Below are positions 38,405 through 48,352 of a stretch of DNA of 54,651 bases, in pieces. The notes under the pieces were generated by a model that did not search any database, was not told the origin of the DNA, and worked only from the letters and a program-made list of their open reading frames with translations. The DNA is from an uncultured Opitutaceae bacterium (GTDB taxonomy: Bacteria > Verrucomicrobiota > Verrucomicrobiia > Opitutales > Opitutaceae): assembly GCA_963977295.1 (NCBI GenBank), contig CAXBOL010000001.1, positions 1-54,651 on the forward strand, given 5' to 3'. The number at the start of each line of letters is the position of its first letter. The stretch's first letter is position 1. A program made the position numbers and the translations under genes.

Positions 38405-38989
38405 ATGCCCCGCTCCGTCATGAGATTTATTGTCCTTATTGGGATTCTTGCCTTCAGCGCGCGTGTTTCAGCCGAGATCCTGTCCTTCGTGGATTTGAAA
38501 TCGAACGAAAGCATCATCGTTTTTATCAAGTCCGATGGCATCCAACAGCCGACGCAGACGATGTATCAGGTTTATGGCGGCAAAAAGCCGATGGTGAACA
38601 TTGTGGAGAATCCGACCAAAAAAGTGGAGGGCCTCTCGCAGGAAGGCATGCGTCAGACCCTCGGCGATGAGCGCTTGTCGGCCGACGACCTGTTTGGGCT
38701 CGATGCCTATTTGGTTTTTCTCCGGTTGGGTCCACCAGTGCGGAGTGAAAAAACCGACGAGGTGCTGGTCGGCTATTACCGGGATGGTCAGAAGATCGGG
38801 GAGGAGCGGTTCGAAGACAAAAGCGCGCTGCTGAGCGGCGAGATCCGGGAGGATGGTCGCATCGTGCAATTTGCCGAGGCACCGGCCGGGGTTCCGCCGG
38901 CGTTGTTTGCGGAAATTGTGGCGCCGTGGATGCTGACGCACCGCATGCACGGGCGAATCGGAGCCGTTGTCCCGTTGGCCCAAAAGTAG
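38405..38989 (+). CDS. Hypothetical secreted protein
   Basis: Signal peptide [18 protein letters not shown]; divergent from the M61 gene. Confidence 0.7.
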   Translation: MPRSVMRFIVLIGILAFSARVSAEILSFVDLKSNESIIVFIKSDGIQQPTQTMYQVYGGKKPMVNIVENPTKKVEGLSQEGMRQTLGDERLSADDLFGLDAYLVFLRLGPPVRSEKTDEVLVGYYRDGQKIGEERFEDKSALLSGEIREDGRIVQFAEAPAGVPPALFAEIVAPWMLTHRMHGRIGAVVPLAQK

Positions 38990-39027
38990 TCTTTTATCCT
39001 CTTTCACCCTTAACTCCGAAAAATCCT

Positions 39028-39921
39028 ATGACTCGTAAAACTGCTGCCGACTTCGACCAAGAGCTTCTCGACCTTTACGATTATTATGTGCACGGCCGCC
39101 TGGATCGGCGGGAGTTTTTGGATCGGGCGGGGAAGTTTGCGGTGGGGGGCCTGACGGCCGCCACGCTGCTCGGCATGCTTAACCCGCAGTATGCGCTCGC
39201 GGTGCAAGTGCCCCCGGATGACACGCGGATCAAGGTCGAGAGACTCAACTACAAGTCGCCCGAAGGCCACGGCGATATGCAGGGCCTGCTGGCGCGTCCC
39301 GCTAACGCCAAAGGCAAACTGCCGGCGGTCCTGGTGGTGCACGAAAACCGGGGCTTAAACCCATATGTGGAAGACGTAGTGCGGCGACTTGCGGTCGCGG
39401 GGTATCTGGCTTTTGGACCGGACGCGCTGTATCCGATCGGCGGATATCCAGGCAATGATGACGAAGGTCGCACAATGCAACGCACGCTCGACGGCGCGAA
39501 GATCACCGAAGACTTTGTCGCCGCGGCGAAGCTGTTGCACACGCATCCGGAATCTTCCGGCAAGGTGGGCGTGGTGGGATTCTGTTTTGGCGGTGGCATG
39601 TCCAACACCTTGGCTTGGCGTCTCCCCGAGGTTATTGCCGCGGCGGTGCCCTATTACGGAGGACAGCCCAACGCCGAACAAGCTGCGCAGATCAAAGCAC
39701 CGCTCTTGCTGCAATACGCCGAGCTCGACACGCGCGTCAACGCGGGTTGGCCGGCCTACGAGGAAGCGCTCAAGGCGGCGGGGGTTGATTATACCGCCCA
39801 CATTTACCCCGGGGTTAACCACGGCTTCCACAACGATACTACGCCACGCTACGACGAGACGGCGGCGGAGCTTTCCTGGTCACGCACACTGGAGTTTTTT
39901 GGGAAGCATCTGCAGGGTTGA
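39028..39921 (+). CDS. yghX: Dienelactone hydrolase family protein (YghX-like)
   Basis: [49 protein letters not shown]; ATG at 39028. Confidence 0.92.
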   Translation: MTRKTAADFDQELLDLYDYYVHGRLDRREFLDRAGKFAVGGLTAATLLGMLNPQYALAVQVPPDDTRIKVERLNYKSPEGHGDMQGLLARPANAKGKLPAVLVVHENRGLNPYVEDVVRRLAVAGYLAFGPDALYPIGGYPGNDDEGRTMQRTLDGAKITEDFVAAAKLLHTHPESSGKVGVVGFCFGGGMSNTLAWRLPEVIAAAVPYYGGQPNAEQAAQIKAPLLLQYAELDTRVNAGWPAYEEALKAAGVDYTAHIYPGVNHGFHNDTTPRYDETAAELSWSRTLEFFGKHLQG

Positions 39922-39979
39922 GGCCTGCCGGTGCTGGGCCAAAAGGTCGGAAAGAGTCGCACCGTTTGGACAGGTTTTA

Positions 39980-40726
39980 ATGATGGGGACGTCTGCCCAA
40001 GATGTAATCCGGGAGTCCGTCGCTTTGCTTCATCGGTCGGCGATGAAAGCGCACGGGTTTTCCAAATCAGGCCATTGCTGGCATCGTCAAAGATTCGGCG
40101 TTCAGATTGTCTCGGTGCAATTGAACAAATGGAATTCCGCGGACGAAGCGGCTTTTGTCGTCAATGCCGCCGTGTATCTGCCCGAAGTTGCCCGGTTGTT
40201 GGATCGCCCGCCAATTGGTAAAATTCCCCGGGAATATAACGCTGAGTTGAGGCGGAGATTTTCGGCCAATACGGTGGAAACTGGCGAAGACTGGTGGAGG
40301 GTTCGCCCCACCACTACGCCTTTGGTCGTGGCGCAGCAAATACAGGCGGTGGTGGACAACAACGTATTACCCTGGTTTGCAGGTTTGGTGGATTACCGTT
40401 CGGCGGCAGATGATCTACGGAGGGAAGGGTCCACTTCGTTCACCCCGGCTGCGGTGTGCTATCACTTGGCGCATGAACCTGCGGAAGCGGCCATTTGTCT
40501 CAGACGAGCCCGTTTTTGGATAGAATCACGGCGCGTCTGGGGGTTGCATGACCGGTCCAACCTACTTGAAGACACCTCCCTCTGCCATCGTAACAATCAA
40601 GTGCCTTGCCATTCCGGTGAGCCGCCGGCTCCTGATCCGTCGGCGATACGGCGAATGAACCTTGAGGTATCGAGAAGAAGAAAAACTTTACTCAGGTGGC
40701 CCGAAGCTTATCCGATTTGCGCATGA
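39980..40726 (+). CDS. DUF4304-like protein (3' end doubtful)
   Basis: MKAHGFSKSG..W..QIVSVQLNKWNS..FVVNAAV..VLPWF; ATG at 39980; last ~70 aa look non-protein-like. Confidence 0.6.
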   Translation: MMGTSAQDVIRESVALLHRSAMKAHGFSKSGHCWHRQRFGVQIVSVQLNKWNSADEAAFVVNAAVYLPEVARLLDRPPIGKIPREYNAELRRRFSANTVETGEDWWRVRPTTTPLVVAQQIQAVVDNNVLPWFAGLVDYRSAADDLRREGSTSFTPAAVCYHLAHEPAEAAICLRRARFWIESRRVWGLHDRSNLLEDTSLCHRNNQVPCHSGEPPAPDPSAIRRMNLEVSRRRKTLLRWPEAYPICA

Positions 40727-40854
40727 AGCGTTAAATGAATATTGAGCCTTCGCTTAAATCGTCCGCATTGCTTTGGGTTCATGGGTATTTGCGTTCCCGT
40801 CATTCGCAACAGCCTTCGTTTGCAATTTTCCGCAGTTAACGGACCTTTCTCAAA

Positions 40855-43482
40855 ATGACAGGGGCTGTGGTGACGAGTGAGTTGGTGGATGAGGAGAGCA
40901 CCCAACGGGTATTGGGGGAATTGATCGACGGCGCATCTCTCGCCACGATTTTTGAGCGTCGGGTCGCGGAGCACCCGGACAAGATTGCACTGCAAACTTC
41001 GGACCACGAATTTACTTACCGGCAGGTTAACGACCGGGCGAATCAAGTGGCGCATTGTTTGGACCGGGAACTCCAGTCGAGTGAGGGTTCCGTGGCCTTG
41101 TGGTTGGAAAATGACCTCGCGGTTGCCGCTAGTTTAATGGGGGTGTGGAAGGCGGGACGGACTTTCATTCCGGGCAACTTACAAGCACCTGACGCCTACA
41201 ACCGGGAACTCTTCGCCATGGCGAGACCGGCGCTTGTTCTCACTTCTCGTGCGTTGCGAGCGCAGGTGGGAAAGTTGGTTTCGGAGGAGACACAGATTCG
41301 GTGTTGGGATGATGTCACGGCGGACGAAGCCAAAGGAAATCTCGGATTGAATGTGCCGCCCGATGCGGTTTTACGTATCGTGTTTACGTCGGGTTCGTCG
41401 GGGAACCCGAAAGGGGTGGAGCACGATCAGCAGGGTATGCTGCATGAGGCCTATTCGGCGATCGCGGGGGCTGGCTACCGGACCGATGACCGCTTTCTGC
41501 AACTATCGAGTTTGTCCCACGTGAATGGATCGGATTGGTTGTTTTATGTGTTCATGATGGGCGCAACGCTGTCGTGCTATCCCCTGCGGTCCTGGGGGGT
41601 GGAAAGACTGGGAGATTGGGTGAAGGAGCAAGGGATCACCCGATTTGTGTCGGTGCCGACCGTGTTTCGTCACTTCGTGCGGTTGCCAGGTTTGTCCCGA
41701 GATACGGTTCGCTCGGTGCGGGTGGTGCATCTGGGAGGAGAGCCAGTGAGACCAGACGACCTGCGGCGGTTTCAGTCACTCTTTGCTGACGGGGCGACGT
41801 TGATCGCGAATATTGGTTCGACGGAAGGTGGCTCGTTTGCTCGGTGTATTTTCGATACCACTACTCCGGTGCCGGAGAAGTTACTGCCTTTGCGCCAGGC
41901 GCACCCGGGAATCCGTTTGGAGATTTGGGATGAGGCCGAGCGGGAAGTTGCAGTGGGTGAAGTAGGTGAGATCGTCGTGTGCTCACGGGGTGTCGCGCGG
42001 GGTTATTTTAACCAACCGGAATTGACTCAGGCCGTCTTCCGGTCGGATCCGACCCAACCCGGTCAGCGTCAGTTCAAGACGGGCGATTTAGGTTGGTTTG
42101 ATGAACAAGGCCTTTTGCATTCGGCGGGTCGTCGTGATCGGCAGGTGAAAATTCGGGGTCACCGGGTCGAGTTGCGGGAAATTGAAGACCGCATCGCTGA
42201 GTTTCCGGGAGTTGCCAACGTGGCCGTAGGCGCATGGTCGGGTGACGATGCCACGACCCGCTTGGTCGCAAATTTTTCGGTGGAGCCGGGCACAACCGTA
42301 ACGGAGACCTCCCTCAGAAACTGGCTGCGCGAACGGTTGCCTCACTACATGGTGCCGGGGCTGTTCCGGCGGATCGATAATTGGCCGGTTTTGGCTTCGG
42401 GCAAGATTGATCGCGAGGCTCTGGTGACTCCGGTCGTATCACCCGTTTTGATTGATCAACCCGTCGGCGGTGCCGGGCAGGCCACGACAACGGAAGTAAA
42501 ACTGATCGGCATCTGCCGCCGGGTTTTCGACTGCGAGACTATTGAATCGAACGACAATTTCTTCAGCCTGGGCGGAGACTCGCTTCATGCCACCAGTTTG
42601 CTCGCCGATATTGAAGCGGAGTTGGGCAGGAAGCTGTCGGTGGAGGCGATCTTGGAAACGCCAACGTTGAAGGAACTCGCGGAAAAACTGGACGCTGCGC
42701 CGGAATTGGCCGGGAACTTTATTAAGTTGGGCGGACGAAAGGGAGACGCGGTGCTGTTTCTCGTCCATGGCTGGGGCGGGGCGATCGCACACTATCTGGG
42801 ATTGGCTCACCTGCTCCGTTTCGCCGGTCCCATCGTAGGCTTGCAGGGTAATGAACAGTTTGGAAAGACAGACCGACCTGATTCCGTGCCTCGGCTGGCC
42901 GACTATTATGCGGACCTAATATTGCAGGAGTATCCGGATAAAAAATACATTATGGCCGGGTATTCGGCGGGGGGAGTCTTGGCCTACGCGGTGGCGGTGG
43001 CCCTGCGAGCGAAAGGGCACCCCGTGGAACTCTTGGTGGCCCTCGATAGTCGACCGAACGGTCTGTCGTTGCACCGGCGTGGAGGCATGATGTGGCCGTA
43101 TTTTCGATCGCGGCTTTCCTTCCACTGGAAACGTTTGAGGGGGCTGAAATCACGGGCACTTTTGCAGTATTTTACGGGACGAGCTCAGGCTTCGGTTAAT
43201 TTGGCAAAGAGCGTGGTGCGACCGGTGGCGCCGGGTCAGGATTACTACATTGATATGTTGAACCGTCACCGGCTGGAGCCGTGTGAAATTCCTACGGCGG
43301 TGGTGCAGTGTAACCGAACGCGCGAGCAGTTGATTGAGGGGTGGCAGTATCTTTCAGCAGGGCGAGCTCGCGAGCATGTGCTTCACGGCTGTCACGAACA
43401 CATGCTCAAGGGTGAAGCGTTGGTAAAACTGGTCGGGATGTTCGAACGGATATTGGACGAACATCACATCAGTCCGAAATAG
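40855..43482 (+). CDS. Stand-alone NRPS-like protein (adenylation-thiolation-thioesterase)
   Basis: TYRQVNDRANQVA, FTSGSSGNPKGV, GSTE, FKTGDLG, GRRDRQVKIRGHRVEL, SGKIDR, FFSLGGDSL (Ppant Ser), GYSAGG (TE). Confidence 0.92.
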   Translation: MTGAVVTSELVDEESTQRVLGELIDGASLATIFERRVAEHPDKIALQTSDHEFTYRQVNDRANQVAHCLDRELQSSEGSVALWLENDLAVAASLMGVWKAGRTFIPGNLQAPDAYNRELFAMARPALVLTSRALRAQVGKLVSEETQIRCWDDVTADEAKGNLGLNVPPDAVLRIVFTSGSSGNPKGVEHDQQGMLHEAYSAIAGAGYRTDDRFLQLSSLSHVNGSDWLFYVFMMGATLSCYPLRSWGVERLGDWVKEQGITRFVSVPTVFRHFVRLPGLSRDTVRSVRVVHLGGEPVRPDDLRRFQSLFADGATLIANIGSTEGGSFARCIFDTTTPVPEKLLPLRQAHPGIRLEIWDEAEREVAVGEVGEIVVCSRGVARGYFNQPELTQAVFRSDPTQPGQRQFKTGDLGWFDEQGLLHSAGRRDRQVKIRGHRVELREIEDRIAEFPGVANVAVGAWSGDDATTRLVANFSVEPGTTVTETSLRNWLRERLPHYMVPGLFRRIDNWPVLASGKIDREALVTPVVSPVLIDQPVGGAGQATTTEVKLIGICRRVFDCETIESNDNFFSLGGDSLHATSLLADIEAELGRKLSVEAILETPTLKELAEKLDAAPELAGNFIKLGGRKGDAVLFLVHGWGGAIAHYLGLAHLLRFAGPIVGLQGNEQFGKTDRPDSVPRLADYYADLILQEYPDKKYIMAGYSAGGVLAYAVAVALRAKGHPVELLVALDSRPNGLSLHRRGGMMWPYFRSRLSFHWKRLRGLKSRALLQYFTGRAQASVNLAKSVVRPVAPGQDYYIDMLNRHRLEPCEIPTAVVQCNRTREQLIEGWQYLSAGRAREHVLHGCHEHMLKGEALVKLVGMFERILDEHHISPK

Positions 43483-43504
43483 ATAGGTCGCCGAAGGGAG
43501 AAGA

Positions 43505-44554
43505 TCAGCCGGTGCCGATGCGACAGCTGTGGGCGCTGAAGCCCGCGCCGAAGGCGGTGAGCCACCAGTCGTTAGTGGCGGTCGGGTGGTCGGTTTTGAG
43601 GGCTTCCTCCAGAGCAAACAAGACGGAGGGGCTGCTCATGTTGCCGTGGCGGCGGAGGATTTCCCGCACGGGCGCGAAGTCGTTGGCCGGAAATTTAGCG
43701 GCGAGGGCGTCGATTACGTCTTTGCCGCCGGTGTGGGAAAGGATGCGTCCGATAGCGTTGGCACCGGAGGTCGCAACGGCTCGCTGGTGCAGGATTGAAA
43801 CCGCGTCGGCGGCGAGAGCAGGGACCGAGGGGGCGAGGAGATTGCGGAGTTTGCCGTGACGGTGTTCGAACCGAATATCATCGCGGTGAGAGGGGTCGTG
43901 ATGGGTGTCGAAACCAAAACAACGCAGGCCGCTCGGGCCCGGAGTGCTGCGCCAGATCGTGGCAGCGGCTCCGTCGCCAAACAGGCAGGCACTAACGATG
44001 ACGCCGAGGTCGTCGTCGAGGTAGAAGGCGGCGGAGCAGACCTCGACGGCGACACAAGCGACCACGGCGTCGGGTTGACGGGCCAGAATGCCATCAACTG
44101 CCCGTAGTGCGGGAATAGCCGCCCCGCAGCCGAGGCCGACCAGATCTTGCAGGTAGGTGTCGGAACGGAGACCGAGTTGCTCGGCCACGTAACTTGTGAC
44201 GCCGGGACAGAGATAGCCCGTGCAGGTGCAGATGACGAGGGCGTCCAACTCGTCGGCCCGGACGCCGGCCTGGGCCAGAGCGGGAACGAGCGCCTCAGCG
44301 GCAAGTAGGGGCGCGGCGCGGCGGAACTCGGCGTTGAGTTCGTCGGTATCCAACTCAAAGATACGATGCAGATCGGAGGCGGCAAACTGACGGGTGTCGA
44401 TGCCGGAGTCGCCCTGCAGAATCGTGCGCAGCGTGAGTTGGCTGCGGCGCGACAACGATTGGTGGACGGACGTGGCGGCCAGCACGGAATCCCAGCATTG
44501 GCGTTGGGTGAGGGAGGCGGCGGGATTGGCCGTGGTGAGACTGTGGAGATACAT
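43505..44554 (-). CDS. Type III polyketide synthase (chalcone/stilbene synthase family)
   Basis: TCTG, GLGCGAA (Cys), VEVCS, LFGDGAAA, SHTGG (His), GNMSS (Asn), AFGAGFS. Confidence 0.94.
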   Translation of the reverse strand: MYLHSLTTANPAASLTQRQCWDSVLAATSVHQSLSRRSQLTLRTILQGDSGIDTRQFAASDLHRIFELDTDELNAEFRRAAPLLAAEALVPALAQAGVRADELDALVICTCTGYLCPGVTSYVAEQLGLRSDTYLQDLVGLGCGAAIPALRAVDGILARQPDAVVACVAVEVCSAAFYLDDDLGVIVSACLFGDGAAATIWRSTPGPSGLRCFGFDTHHDPSHRDDIRFEHRHGKLRNLLAPSVPALAADAVSILHQRAVATSGANAIGRILSHTGGKDVIDALAAKFPANDFAPVREILRRHGNMSSPSVLFALEEALKTDHPTATNDWWLTAFGAGFSAHSCRIGTG

Positions 44555-44592
44555 GGGAGATTGCCTGGAACGATGAATGGGCCGGAGGGGCA

Positions 44593-44666
44593 GGCGGGAC
44601 TGGTTTGTTTTTTAACCATCCCGCCAAGTCGGAGACACGAATGTCCCGCCGGGCGGGATACCGACT
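44593..44666. repeat. Tandem hairpins built from four GGCGGGA/TCCCGCC units
   Basis: GGCGGGA 44593, TCCCGCC 44619, TCCCGCC 44644, GGCGGGA 44652; AGTCGG/CCGACT closing stem. Confidence 0.5.
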
Positions 44667-44701
44667 ACGCGTTGAAACGTTTTGGGTTGGGAAGGAGTGA
44701 G

Positions 44702-45739
44702 TTAGTGCAGCAGGCGATAAACGGTGCGGGTGGGGAGGAGGTGGTAACGGGCCAAGCCCAACAGAATACGTTGGCGTTTCGGATTGAGCAACCAGCCGTG
44801 CAGATTCGCAGCTCGGCGAAGTTTAGGACGCAGGTGATGTTGCTGAAGTTGGTCGATTTTACGGAGGGTGGCCGGCCAGTCCTGTTGGCGTCGCGCCCAA
44901 GCGACCAGTGGTTCAACGGCAAGCGCGGCGCTTTGGAATGCCATGGTCATGCCGTGTCCGGTGAACGGTGGAATCAACGCGCCATGATCGCCGAGGCTCC
45001 CATCGAAGTCGGAGGCTGCAGTGGATCGATAATCAAGTCCGGCTACGGCGCAGCGGGAGTCAGGAACGGCAGTCGCGTTCGCCAAGCGAGAGGCAAGGTG
45101 ACCGAGTCCGGCGCCGAGGAGGTGATTGACGATCACATCGGAGGAGGTGCGATGGGCCGGATCGATGTTGTCGCGATGAAACAAGCCGCACAGATTGACT
45201 TGATCCTTTTCGATGCGGGTAAGGCCCACGTAGGCACGGCGGCCGAGGTGAAGTTCGAGGTCGGCAGCCAGCGGCAATGCGGCGAGGTGGAGCTTGAGTC
45301 CGATCCAAGGAGATTGGGAATCGGGTCGACGGCCGGCGGTGATCACGCGGCCCTCGGCGGGTTGGAGAGGCTGGCGGGAATCGGTGTGAAGCTCTCCGCC
45401 AGCGGCGATCAGCGCTTCGGCGAGGCGTTGGTCGAGCGTATGGCGACTTAGGCAAAGGGCGGGTTCGGGCAGGTCGTGGCGGTGGACCAGCGTTCGGTCG
45501 CGAAACCATGTCACGGAGGTGGCCGGGAGGGCGTCGTGGAGATGGGGGCGAAGCGCGAGTCGATCGATGGTGCGGTCATCGAGGGAGGTGATGAATTCGC
45601 CGCAAACTCGATGACGAGGATAGCGTCCGGCTTCGTGCACGACGACTGGAATGTCGGCTTGGCGGAGACCGAGGGCGAGGCCGAGTCCGGCCAAACCGCC
45701 GCCGATGATTTCCACGAGACGAGGGGAGCTCGGACTCAT
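44702..45739 (-). CDS. FAD-dependent oxidoreductase/monooxygenase
   Basis: IIGGGLAG, PRHRVCGEF, LSRHTLD, LGD..LIPPFTGHGMTMA; ATGA-coupled to the methyltransferase. Confidence 0.9.
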   Translation of the reverse strand: MSPSSPRLVEIIGGGLAGLGLALGLRQADIPVVVHEAGRYPRHRVCGEFITSLDDRTIDRLALRPHLHDALPATSVTWFRDRTLVHRHDLPEPALCLSRHTLDQRLAEALIAAGGELHTDSRQPLQPAEGRVITAGRRPDSQSPWIGLKLHLAALPLAADLELHLGRRAYVGLTRIEKDQVNLCGLFHRDNIDPAHRTSSDVIVNHLLGAGLGHLASRLANATAVPDSRCAVAGLDYRSTAASDFDGSLGDHGALIPPFTGHGMTMAFQSAALAVEPLVAWARRQQDWPATLRKIDQLQQHHLRPKLRRAANLHGWLLNPKRQRILLGLARYHLLPTRTVYRLLH

Positions 45740-46380
45740 GGCGACGTCTGCCGGCGTTGGGCAATCATCCGATAGGTGCCGAGGGGATGGTGGGTGATGT
45801 CGATTTGCCAGCGATCCCGGGTGAGGCCGAGCAGCAGAGGAAGTTCATCGGCGCGGAACCCGGCGGCGATGCTGACGTGCCCATCGTGGCGACTGACGGC
45901 ATGAGCGCGGATCAATCTGCAGAGCAACGCAAACCCGGGCTGGAACAGGCGGGCGCGCCACGGTTCGCAGACCACAAGGGTGCGGGCGGATTGGTCCCAG
46001 ATGTGTCCGAGGTGACCCAGTTGCTCAGTCGAAAAGTGGTGGAGGAAAAGGTTGGCGACGATGAGAGAATAATCGGCCCAAGCAGGAAAGGCGAGGGCGT
46101 CATGTTGGTGCCAGGTGGCGGTCGCGGGCCAATTTCGGGGCGGCAGGCAGAGGTCGAGTGCATTGAGGTGGTAGCGGGAGGCGAGCAGGCCATCGCCGGC
46201 CCCGACCTCGAGTGCGCGGTGGGTGGGGTTTTCGCGCTGCAGTCGGGGTAGGGTTTGGGCCCACCAGCGATTGGTGCCGAGAAGGCGGTTAAACCAGACG
46301 AGGTCACGACGACTGTGCACGGCCGCGGGAGAGTCGGGCGGAAGCGAGTCGAGCAACTCTGGCGTGACGGAGCGAAGCAC
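45736..46380 (-). CDS. SAM-dependent methyltransferase-domain protein
   Basis: ELLD..DL..N, LEVGAGDG (motif I), ANLFLHHF, RHDG..SI..GF; usual partner of type III PKS and flavoprotein. Confidence 0.85.
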   Translation of the reverse strand: MLRSVTPELLDSLPPDSPAAVHSRRDLVWFNRLLGTNRWWAQTLPRLQRENPTHRALEVGAGDGLLASRYHLNALDLCLPPRNWPATATWHQHDALAFPAWADYSLIVANLFLHHFSTEQLGHLGHIWDQSARTLVVCEPWRARLFQPGFALLCRLIRAHAVSRHDGHVSIAAGFRADELPLLLGLTRDRWQIDITHHPLGTYRMIAQRRQTSP

Positions 46381-46477
46381 GGGTCAGCCTCGGCGACATC
46401 AACGGAGACGTCAAATGACCGGCACGCAATGGCGAGATGGAGTTGCGATTCGGGTCGATGCAGCTATGGGTTGGCCG

Positions 46478-46636
46478 ATGTTGTTCTGGGGATCGATCGC
46501 CGCGGGAGTATTTTTGTTGTTGTTCATCGTATGGTGGCCGATGCGCTCCTACGTGCGGATTCGGCGCAAGGATTGTTGCGGCAAAGGCTGCGGCTGCTTG
46601 TTTCCGGTCAACCTCGACAAGGTGCAGAAGGACTGA
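46478..46636 (+). CDS. Small membrane protein with Cys-rich tail (FeoB-associated Cys-rich protein-like)
   Basis: 52 aa: TM MLFWGSIAAGVFLLLFIVWW, basic RIRRK, CCGKGCGC; alternative ATG at 46466. Confidence 0.55.
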   Translation: MLFWGSIAAGVFLLLFIVWWPMRSYVRIRRKDCCGKGCGCLFPVNLDKVQKD

Positions 46637-46723
46637 CGCGAGGGGCCGAAAAAGGCAGCGGTTTGCAGATGGCGGCGAAATGACCATTGCAGCCTCTGGA
46701 ATGACTCCGAAAGCTGGCCGGTG

Positions 46724-48328
46724 ATGAAACGCCTGTTTGCTACCCTTACCCTGTTCTTCGTCGTCGCCTGCGCTGCCGTGATGGCGGCGGACAAACGACC
46801 CAATATCGTTTTCATTTTCACCGATGATCACGCTCCGCACGCCATCGGCGCCTACGATGGCTGGCTGAAGGCGGTCAACCCCACACCTCAAATTGATAAG
46901 CTCGCCCGCGACGGCATGTTGTTTGTGAACAGCTTTTGCACGAACTCCATTTGCGGCCCGAGCCGTGCGGTCATCCAGACCGGCAAACACAGTCACAAGA
47001 ATGGATTCATGAACAACGGCAATTCGTTCGACTGGGATCAGCAAACGTTTCCGAAGTTGCTACAAAAAGCCGGCTACCAAACCGCGATCTATGGCAAATC
47101 TCACCTCAAAGGGACCCCCCAAGGATTCGACAGCTGGGCGGTGTTGCCGGGGCAGGGGCTCTATTACAATCCGGACATGATCACCGAGGAAGGCACGGCG
47201 ATGATTGAGGGCTACTCGACCGACATTGTGACCGATATGGCAGTCTCGTTTTTGAAGGAGAAACGCGATACGAATAAACCCTTTATGATGATGGTGCAGC
47301 ACAAGGCGCCGCATCGCAATTGGATGCCCCCGCCGCGCCACCTGCATCTCTATGACGACATCGAAATTCCGGAGCCGGCGACCTTGTTCGACGAATACCG
47401 CGACAATGCGCCTCCCGCGCGCTTCCAGGAAATGGAAATCGATCGGCACATGGATCTTAATTTTGACCTCTTCGTTGACTTGACGCCCGATTTTGTGCCC
47501 GAAGAAGGCAAGGGCAGGGCCGACCAATCAGCTTGGCGCAACATGGAGCGGATGACGCCCGAGCAGCTCAAAACGTGGCGTGATGCCTACGGCCCGAAGG
47601 ACAAGGCCTTTCATGAAGCAAACCTTACCGGCAAGGATCTGGTGCGGTGGAAATACCAGCGCTACGCCAAGAACTATCTCCGTTGCATCAAAGGTGTGGA
47701 TGAAAGCGTCGAGACGATTCGGAATACCCTCGAGGAGCTCGGCCTGACCGAAAATACGATCGTGATCTACTCCTCCGACCAAGGGTTCTACGTCGGCGAC
47801 CACGGTTGGTTTGACAAGCGTTGGATGTATGAGGAATCGCTCAAGATGCCCTTCATCGTGAGCTGGCCGGGCGTGACTGAACCGGGCTCCAAAACGCTCA
47901 AAATGGTGCAAAACCTCGATTACGCCCAGACGTTCCTCGACATCGCCGGCGCCGCCCAGCCCTCCGACATGCAAGGCCTCTCGCTGGTCCCGCTTTTGCA
48001 AGGCGAGAATCCTGATGATTGGCGCAAGTCGATCTACTACCACTACTACGAATATCCCAGTGTGCACATGGTGCCGCGCCACAACGGTATCCGCACCAGT
48101 CGCTACAAGTTGATGCACTTTTACCAGTTCGACGAATGGGAGTTCTACGATCTCAAGGCCGACCCTGATGAATACAATAACTTGTATAACAACCCCAATT
48201 ATCAAGCGATGATCAAGCGGATGAAGAATCAGCTGAAGGAGTTGGAGACGACCTACGAGGACGACACTGACATGACCGTGAAGCCGAAAGCCTGGCAGGA
48301 CAAGGTGCGTCCCGGCACGGCGGGTTAA
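46724..48328 (+). CDS. Sulfatase (N-acetylglucosamine-6-sulfatase-like), secreted
   Basis: RPNIVFIFTDDH, SICGPSRA..TG, HKAPHRNW, YSSDQGF..DHGWFDKRWMYEES, EFYDLKADPDEYNNL. Confidence 0.94.
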   Translation: MKRLFATLTLFFVVACAAVMAADKRPNIVFIFTDDHAPHAIGAYDGWLKAVNPTPQIDKLARDGMLFVNSFCTNSICGPSRAVIQTGKHSHKNGFMNNGNSFDWDQQTFPKLLQKAGYQTAIYGKSHLKGTPQGFDSWAVLPGQGLYYNPDMITEEGTAMIEGYSTDIVTDMAVSFLKEKRDTNKPFMMMVQHKAPHRNWMPPPRHLHLYDDIEIPEPATLFDEYRDNAPPARFQEMEIDRHMDLNFDLFVDLTPDFVPEEGKGRADQSAWRNMERMTPEQLKTWRDAYGPKDKAFHEANLTGKDLVRWKYQRYAKNYLRCIKGVDESVETIRNTLEELGLTENTIVIYSSDQGFYVGDHGWFDKRWMYEESLKMPFIVSWPGVTEPGSKTLKMVQNLDYAQTFLDIAGAAQPSDMQGLSLVPLLQGENPDDWRKSIYYHYYEYPSVHMVPRHNGIRTSRYKLMHFYQFDEWEFYDLKADPDEYNNLYNNPNYQAMIKRMKNQLKELETTYEDDTDMTVKPKAWQDKVRPGTAG

Positions 48329-48352
48329 GACAGTATCATAGTGCTGCATTAG

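Noticed and set aside
39389-39979. N-terminal half of the 445-aa ORF 39389-40726
   Set aside because: Out-of-frame overlap with the dienelactone hydrolase gene; only the part from ATG 39980 looks protein-like
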